From NCBI GenBank assembly GCA_030704615.1, contig CM060731.1, positions 93,992,001 to 94,056,000 on the forward strand: 64,000 nucleotides of DNA, written 5' to 3'. Positions 57,601-64,000 of this stretch are shown piece by piece. The translations under genes and the position numbers were made by a program. Origin of the DNA: Takakia lepidozioides. Lineage: Eukaryota > Plantae > Bryophyta. The notes below the pieces were generated by a model. The model was not told where the DNA came from. It saw nothing but the letters and a program-made list of their open reading frames with translations, and made no database searches. The stretch's first letter is position 1; each line of letters starts with the position of its first letter.

Positions 57601-60600
57601 CTTCCCAGGTGCCAAGTTCAAACCATGCCCATCCTGCAATCATCATCCCAGATGAAAATGGCTGGAAAAAGTTGCATTCGTTTGAAGTGTTGTATTCAGA
57701 TTGCTACTTACTGGAATTCAATACTTGTGAAATTACTAGCCACATGCTTTTGCTGAGGTCTTTAGTTGTGTAGCTTGCCTAGCAACACTGAAAAATCAAG
57801 ATAACAAGAAAACAATGTAACTTGAGGATTGAATGTGTGATATGGACAGACATCTAACCTGGGTGTGCATGCAGAGACGATCCTCCAGAGTAGACGCCGC
57901 CTGTCTGCAGGTGTCCACGTCGGGACTACGACCTGCTGTCTTCAAAGTTTTCAATACAGCTTGGCAGTATCTACAAGCCGACCAGACCAAAATGACTCAA
58001 ATGGAGAAATCAATAGGAAGACACCCACATCAACCCTGAGCCTTACCATGTCCTCCCCATTAGCATTGTAACACCATCTATTTCAGCAAGAAAAGTTCCT
58101 CTGCATGTGGAGTGCCTTGCAGTCAAAAAGCACCATCACAATTTGGTTTCTTCGATGTCAAGTGACAAAGAACAACATCAGTATAATGAAGTAGGAGGGA
58201 TTACCTCAGGGCTTCAGCAGATTTTCCAGCTTCCGCGAGCATCGACGCATAGACCACCTTGTAAGGTTGAAATGGAAGTAAAATAAATTGTGGATTCCCC
58301 AGGACTTTGGCATACTCATATATCTCAGTGCACTGCAAAAAAAATTCAAACACACATGGATAAGCATGCAAGTGACGTGTCAGTTCACACTCTCCAACCT
58401 TACAACCTCCAGTCTCCAGTCACCAATGACAAGCCATATTCACCACTCACTTCAGATGCAAGCTACCTCTTTAGATCATCACTCTTGATATTCACTTCAA
58501 AAATTACATTCACAATTGTCCACTGCATTAAACTTTCCTTAACTACCCTAGGTGTCAGAGCCTCATATCATTCTGAAATTTACATATCTGGCTTGTCATT
58601 CTCTAGCACATTAGCTGAAGCCATTTTGAGATGCACTATATGCTGGATCGCATTTCATGCAGCTTCTCAAAAGTTGCAATGGTCTCGAGTTCCAGTTCCA
58701 TTTCTTTGCCATTAGTACAGATTCTTTGACCTTATGCCTCACTGCACTGAAACAAGAACTTGGACCTTGCTTTCCCACCAAAAAGGCTACTGCTTGCCTG
58801 AATAGCTTCTGGAGTAGCATAAGTGCGTGGGTTCTTGCAATGGTCAGCACCAATCAAGCATATCCTTGCACTGGCTGAATAGGAGTCCAAGTTTGCATCT
58901 GCCATCAGGTAACAAATGTGTGCTGCTGCGACCTGCCATGCACTCACAGGCTTGTCAAACACATTCATCCTGATCACATAAGAGCCAGAAGTAGAAGACC
59001 CCAAGGGATGAAGGAACAAACCTTGCCACAAACTCGCCAAAGACAATCGCCCAAATGCAGTATGACACGCTCATCACCAGGGGTGCGGTTGGCAGACATG
59101 ATGGCCAAGTTCTCTTGCCAAGATTCAAGCATGCCTTCCACTGCACCCTGCGGGGCACCAACAAACTTGTCAACCAACTGGATTGCAATGTTGGCATGGG
59201 GTGACTCACATGCATGGGACACAAAATGCTACAGACCATACCTGCGTCAACTCGCCAACTGCATTTGAAGTTGGCACGACATTCTTTGCCGGCAAGGCGG
59301 GGCCAACAAACACCTCTGCAGGCTGCCCAGCAAGCAGCAGACTCAACGTGCGGAGTGGAGAGCCAGGTACAAATTGTCGCTTGGCCATCTCCGTCACAGC
59401 CTCAGCATAAAACTGCATCACGAGTTACTCCCTCATTAGAGAAGGACTGCATACTGTGCAAAATGTGATTGGTGTGGCAGACCTATCAACATCCTAGAAC
59501 TGCAGAGGAATGCTATCATAGAATGGGCACAGATGAAACTTTCTAGATCAAAATGATCAGCCTTGACAATTGCCCCATTCACATAAAGAGAAGTGGAATG
59601 GTCTAACCTTGTCACCAAGTTGCCGAGCAAGAACAAGAGCAGGGCCCCACAATTGCCCTTGCAATGCATACTTCAAGGCATCCTTTCGTTTGCCAGCCAT
59701 TAGCAGGTTCTTCACTTCAAGTGCAGTAACCTAGATACAAACACACCACCACACTCTCACATATTATAAAACCAGGCATGACAGGAAGAGCAACCTAACT
59801 CCAACCTTCATTCTGGTTTGTCAAGTCTTGATTATGAACTCACCTATCCAACTGACCTCAGCTTTCTTTCCAAGCGGGATGACATAGGCACATGATGATG
59901 AAAACCACTCCAACCAAAGTTGACAGGTAGTCAGATGCACTATGGAAGCTCTCAAACTCAAAAGACAGAGGTAACCTGCATTTGCTGCTCTGATGTCATC
60001 GCTTGCAACGAGTGAGAGCTTGTGAGAGACCCCATGGTCCATGGGCTCTGCTCTTCTCTGGATGTTACCAACAGTTTCGCTAACGCAGCCTCTGGCCCAT
60101 CCTCCTCCTGCAGTGCCTAGCAGTCCAGCATCAGTAAAAACTACTACCTTCACCCCTGTTCCCCTAGTCTCGCGTGGTTGATGAGATCCATAAGTACCTG
60201 AGTGGACATGGCAGAGGCGCCACCAAGAGAACGCAACTTGCCATAATGTTGACATGCCACTTTGAGTAGGCCCCATAGCAACTGCTGTGAGTCCTGCTCC
60301 GGACTCATCGACACGCGCTCGGCAATCCACTTGTTCAGCTCTTTGCTGCTCATTGCACCACCTGACAATGGACCTGCCCAGCTCTGCACGGATCCCATAT
60401 ATACACCGAGACTCTGCACCTGCACTGGTCCTGGTGTCCATGCCTGTCCCATGTCGCCACCTGTCAGGCTTCCCTTCCTCTTTCTTTTGCTATCAGCCAT
60501 CTGTAACTAATCCGTTTTTTGGGGAGCGGCTTGACGCTACAAAAAAGCCCCTGATACCCGAAGTAACATGCTAAAAACCTAAGAAACCAATTTGTCAACT

Positions 60601-62270
60601 GGAGAAACACCACCATAACTTTACTAATACAGACTTAGAAGTACCTGTTCATAATTGTTAGTATGGAGTGTCCCGGGCTCATTATGCTTCATGATCACAA
60701 GTTTCCCACCAAATCCAAATGTGACAAGGGCATGCGAAGGCCGTCCTATAGATGTCTTTACGGCATCAAATGTAGTTTTAGGAGGGGTGACCATTTGATA
60801 TGAGAATTGGCCATACTGATATGAGTTGCTACCGCCCCAAGGCTGCTGTGGGTAAGTGGAATACTGAGCATTGAATGTGTAATTTTCGTGTGCTTCAGAT
60901 TGCTGGTGCTGACTCATAAATGGCTCTTGGTGCCTGGCTGTGGGTGTCATGCCCCACCTCTGATCCCTATCTACCTGTGACTGGGATGTCGGCACTAAGG
61001 GTGTATGATCCAGCTCACCCTGCCACTTGTTTGGGTGTTGCTCATATATCTGCCTATCTCCTGCTACATTGTCACCTCTGTATCCCTCGTAAGTAGATTG
61101 GCAATTAGATTGATGCTGCCAGGGGGCTTGTTGCTCATACCAAGTCTTCTCTCCACCATGCAGTTGCTGGTGAGCAGTGCCAGTTCCCCATGATTCACTA
61201 TGCTCTGCTGTTTGGCGCCATGATTGTGCGTGGTAGTCATAGTACCAGCCTGGAAACTGATGCTCCCAGCTCACCTGCTGCTCAGCACCTTGTTCTGGCA
61301 AACCATGAGGCTCTTCCACCTGCTGGCTTTGAGCCCAACCGACCTGAGCTACATTGGTCTTGCTTCCCCCATCCTCCCCCACATTGTGAGCAATCAAACC
61401 TTCTGCTGCAGACATGGCACTGCCACCATTGCCCTCAATTTGTCGCCACTCAAAGGCCTGATAGTCGTAGAACCACCCTGGATATGCATTTGAATTCTCC
61501 TGAACTTCGCCCTGTCCACTATGTGCCTGCTGCTCTGGCAGCTCTGATCCGATTTGTGCTTGTTGATCCGGTATTCCCTGTGCCTGACTCTCTTGCACGA
61601 AGTGTGTTTGCGGTAACCCTTTACCTGCTTGCCCCTCAGACCCTGGTGGTATTGGCTGATGTTCCCCCTCTTGTGATGCTGCATGACTGAGGTGACCTAA
61701 ATACTGCAGGGAGCCAGCAAGTGCGCTTTCCGCTAAAGTACTATCAGATTCCTTGGATGAAAAGGTACCACTGTGCCACTCAAAGAAATCAGTGTCTGAG
61801 ACCAATTCTGTTCCTGACAGCGGTGCCTGATCCACTGGGAAGTCCGATAAAAAATCAGAAAAAGATCCAAAGCCACCTTGTTTTCCAAAAGTATTTGCAG
61901 ACACGGTGTTGAAATCACTCCATTTCTTGGTGTGCACTTGAAGAGTTGATACCTCCTGCACTGCGTCATCCGGTCCTGATTCAGCAGCGGAAAGTCGGAG
62001 CAAGGCCTCCTCCCCCACGTTATCAAGAGAAGATGATACCAATCCACCACCATCCTGGCCTGCCCTTGGCACAGTCAGACTGGCTGCCATTTCAACTTCA
62101 GACATTGCTATGTGACCATTACTTTCTGCCGCCACTCCTTCGGCAGCGGAGTCTCCGAAGTGCCTCCGCTCTCGGTGAGAAATACTGATAGTTGCCGCAG
62201 GGTCGTCTGTTTCTGATCCCAAGATGCTAGATGAGGGCTCCAAAGATTCGTCTGCCACATCTAACCCCAT
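54655..62270 (-). CDS. SEC16: COPII scaffold protein SEC16 (MAG5-like), multi-exon host gene
   Basis: YPGWFYDY, GRPSHALVTFGFGGKL, GQLWGPAL, GSPLRTL..LAGQPA, WQENLAIMSANRT, AAHICYL..CLIGADH, LLPFQPYK, RSVSEPDF, LGDKNKFYYDEKLKRWVEEG, GVRSRYVDTFN. GT-AG introns; exon 1 about 60645-62270. Confidence 0.97.
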
Positions 62271-62691
62271 TGGCCACAGAATCACCCCCCAGACGATGAA
62301 GGTCTCAGCACGATGATTTGGCCCTGCCAGCTGCCTGCAGCCTAGCGCAAGGGCTCGGGCACCACTTAGACATCACCCTCAACACAATCTCGTTCTAAGA
62401 TTGCAAATGGAAAGCTCCCAACCTTTTCTCTCTCCACTAACTTAATGCATATGGGCGATGCGGAGAATCTGGCAGCACACCATCCCATGCCACGCCATCA
62501 AACACAAACCCCAACACAGACCATATGAATGGCTGTCAGTTGACCCCTACGCCCACAACTGCAACGAGTCTTGTGATTAGGGGGTAGGTTCACTTTTGTT
62601 CTTAGTATTTTTGAAGACTCCCCGGACCTTCTTTTCTTTTCTTATAAAGACACATCATAAGATTCTCGGGTCACTAGGCTGACTCAGTGCC

Positions 62692-63255
62692 CCATCGTTG
62701 TGATCCCACAGCTTGCTACTGAACCTCTATGCTCTTTTCTTCCATCATTGTGATCCCACAGCTTGCTACTAAACCTTTGTGCTTTTATCTTTCATCGTTG
62801 TGATCCCACAGCTTGCTCCATGCGTTTTTTCTCCATCCTTGGGATCCCACACCTTGCTACTACGCCTCCATGTTTTTATTTCCATCATTGTGATCCCACA
62901 ACTTGCTACTAATCCTCCGTGCCTTTTTCTTTTCATCCTAAGTGATCCCACAACTTGCTACTAAACCTGTATGCTTTTTTCCTTTCATCATTGTGATCCC
63001 ACAGCTTGCTACTACGTCTCCATGGTTTTTTGCTTTTCATCCTTGTGATCCCACAGCTTGCTTGTATGCCTCCATGCATTTTTTTCCTTTATATCTTTGT
63101 GATCCCACAACTTGCTACTATGTCTCCATGCGTTTTCTTTTTCCCCCATCATTGTGATCCTACATTTTAGTACTACGCCTCCATGCGTTTTTTTGTTTTT
63201 GTTTTTTCATCCTTGTGACTCCACAACCGTCCTTGCAGGATACTACACCTCCATG
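62692..63255. repeat. Degenerate 50-55-bp tandem repeat (catcattgtgatcccacagcttgctacta...) upstream of SEC16
   Basis: About 11 units directly visible, followed by (att)n. Confidence 0.9.
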
Positions 63256-64000
63256 TTTATTATTATTATTATTATTATTACTACTACTTTATTTTATTTA
63301 AATGCTTCCTCCTATAGACTTGTCATGCAGGGGACGGGCGTCCATGCTTTATTTTTCCCCAAACCCCTGAAGATATTTAGTGTCAAAAGCTTCTATCTGC
63401 TATCCGATGATTTTTTGACTAATTACATGTAACTGCCCATTCAGATTGTTAGATTAATTGTATGATAAGTGCAAGCACTTCTTGTTGTGGCTTTACATGC
63501 TCATCCCACATATGGGGAGGTAAAAGAAGATTCATGCCAAAGCAAAACGCAACTTAAGGTGTCACTTCACTCCAAAAAGGCTATTGTCTTCCATTTGGAA
63601 AGTGGACACCTTCCCTTACCGAGCAAGGTGGTGCCCAAACCTCCCACCAAGGACTCCAGTACTACACAATAAGACCCACAAGAGCGACTCCCTCTTTATA
63701 GCTTGGGTGGCTATAATGGATAACATCCAACATACACCTATGTGCCTTTGAACCCACAACCACACATAAAGCAACCTTGTGCCCTAACCACTGGGCCATC
63801 TATTGGATGCCCATGTATAGGGATTGTAAAATCAGAGCCAAAAAGCAGCCCAAAAGCAACTACTGCTCAAGGGATGTCAAAGCCTCATGCAGGTAGCTGC
63901 CAAGCTTTCTGATCCTCATAATGGAGACTTCAGTGAGACATTGAGTTCCCCGGAATAGATAGTGGATTCTCCCACAGATCTGATAAATACAGAGGGCACT

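Noticed and set aside
54552-62188. Numerous plus-strand ORFs over SEC16
   Set aside because: Antisense shadows of SEC16 exons and introns.

Overview
Eukaryotic land-plant genomic DNA, probably a bryophyte or other early-diverging lineage (inferred from the TE families and the SEC16 sequence). About 85% of the window is nested transposable elements; one intact host gene, SEC16, lies on the minus strand at about 54.7-62.3 kb. The centre (about 9.7-49.2 kb) looks like one giant Mutator-like (MULE) DNA transposon of about 26 kb once a nested retroelement is removed. It is bounded by arrays of GCGACCGCC-N4/5-GGCGGTCGC palindromes with inward-facing TATA boxes. It carries a zinc-finger/DDE/SWIM transposase, a protein kinase, two RING-finger genes, a cluster of four long hairpins, and a spliced gene fusing a ParB-like domain (DGNHR) to a beta-class N4C/N6A methyltransferase fold. 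Its introns and intergenic spacers hold more than 30 copies (counted by eye) of a 16-bp palindrome TAGTCG-N4-CGACTA. A full-length 13.4-kb Ty3/Gypsy element (LTRs 17036-18082 and 29377-30405, TSD CATGG, extra 3' ORF) is inserted in the transposase, which also contains a 0.74-kb internal inversion. Flanking decayed Gypsy fragments carry an integrase-PHD fusion (left) and a protease joined to a C5-cytosine methyltransferase (right). The termini and TSD of the giant element could not be established, and most cargo ORFs are disrupted.
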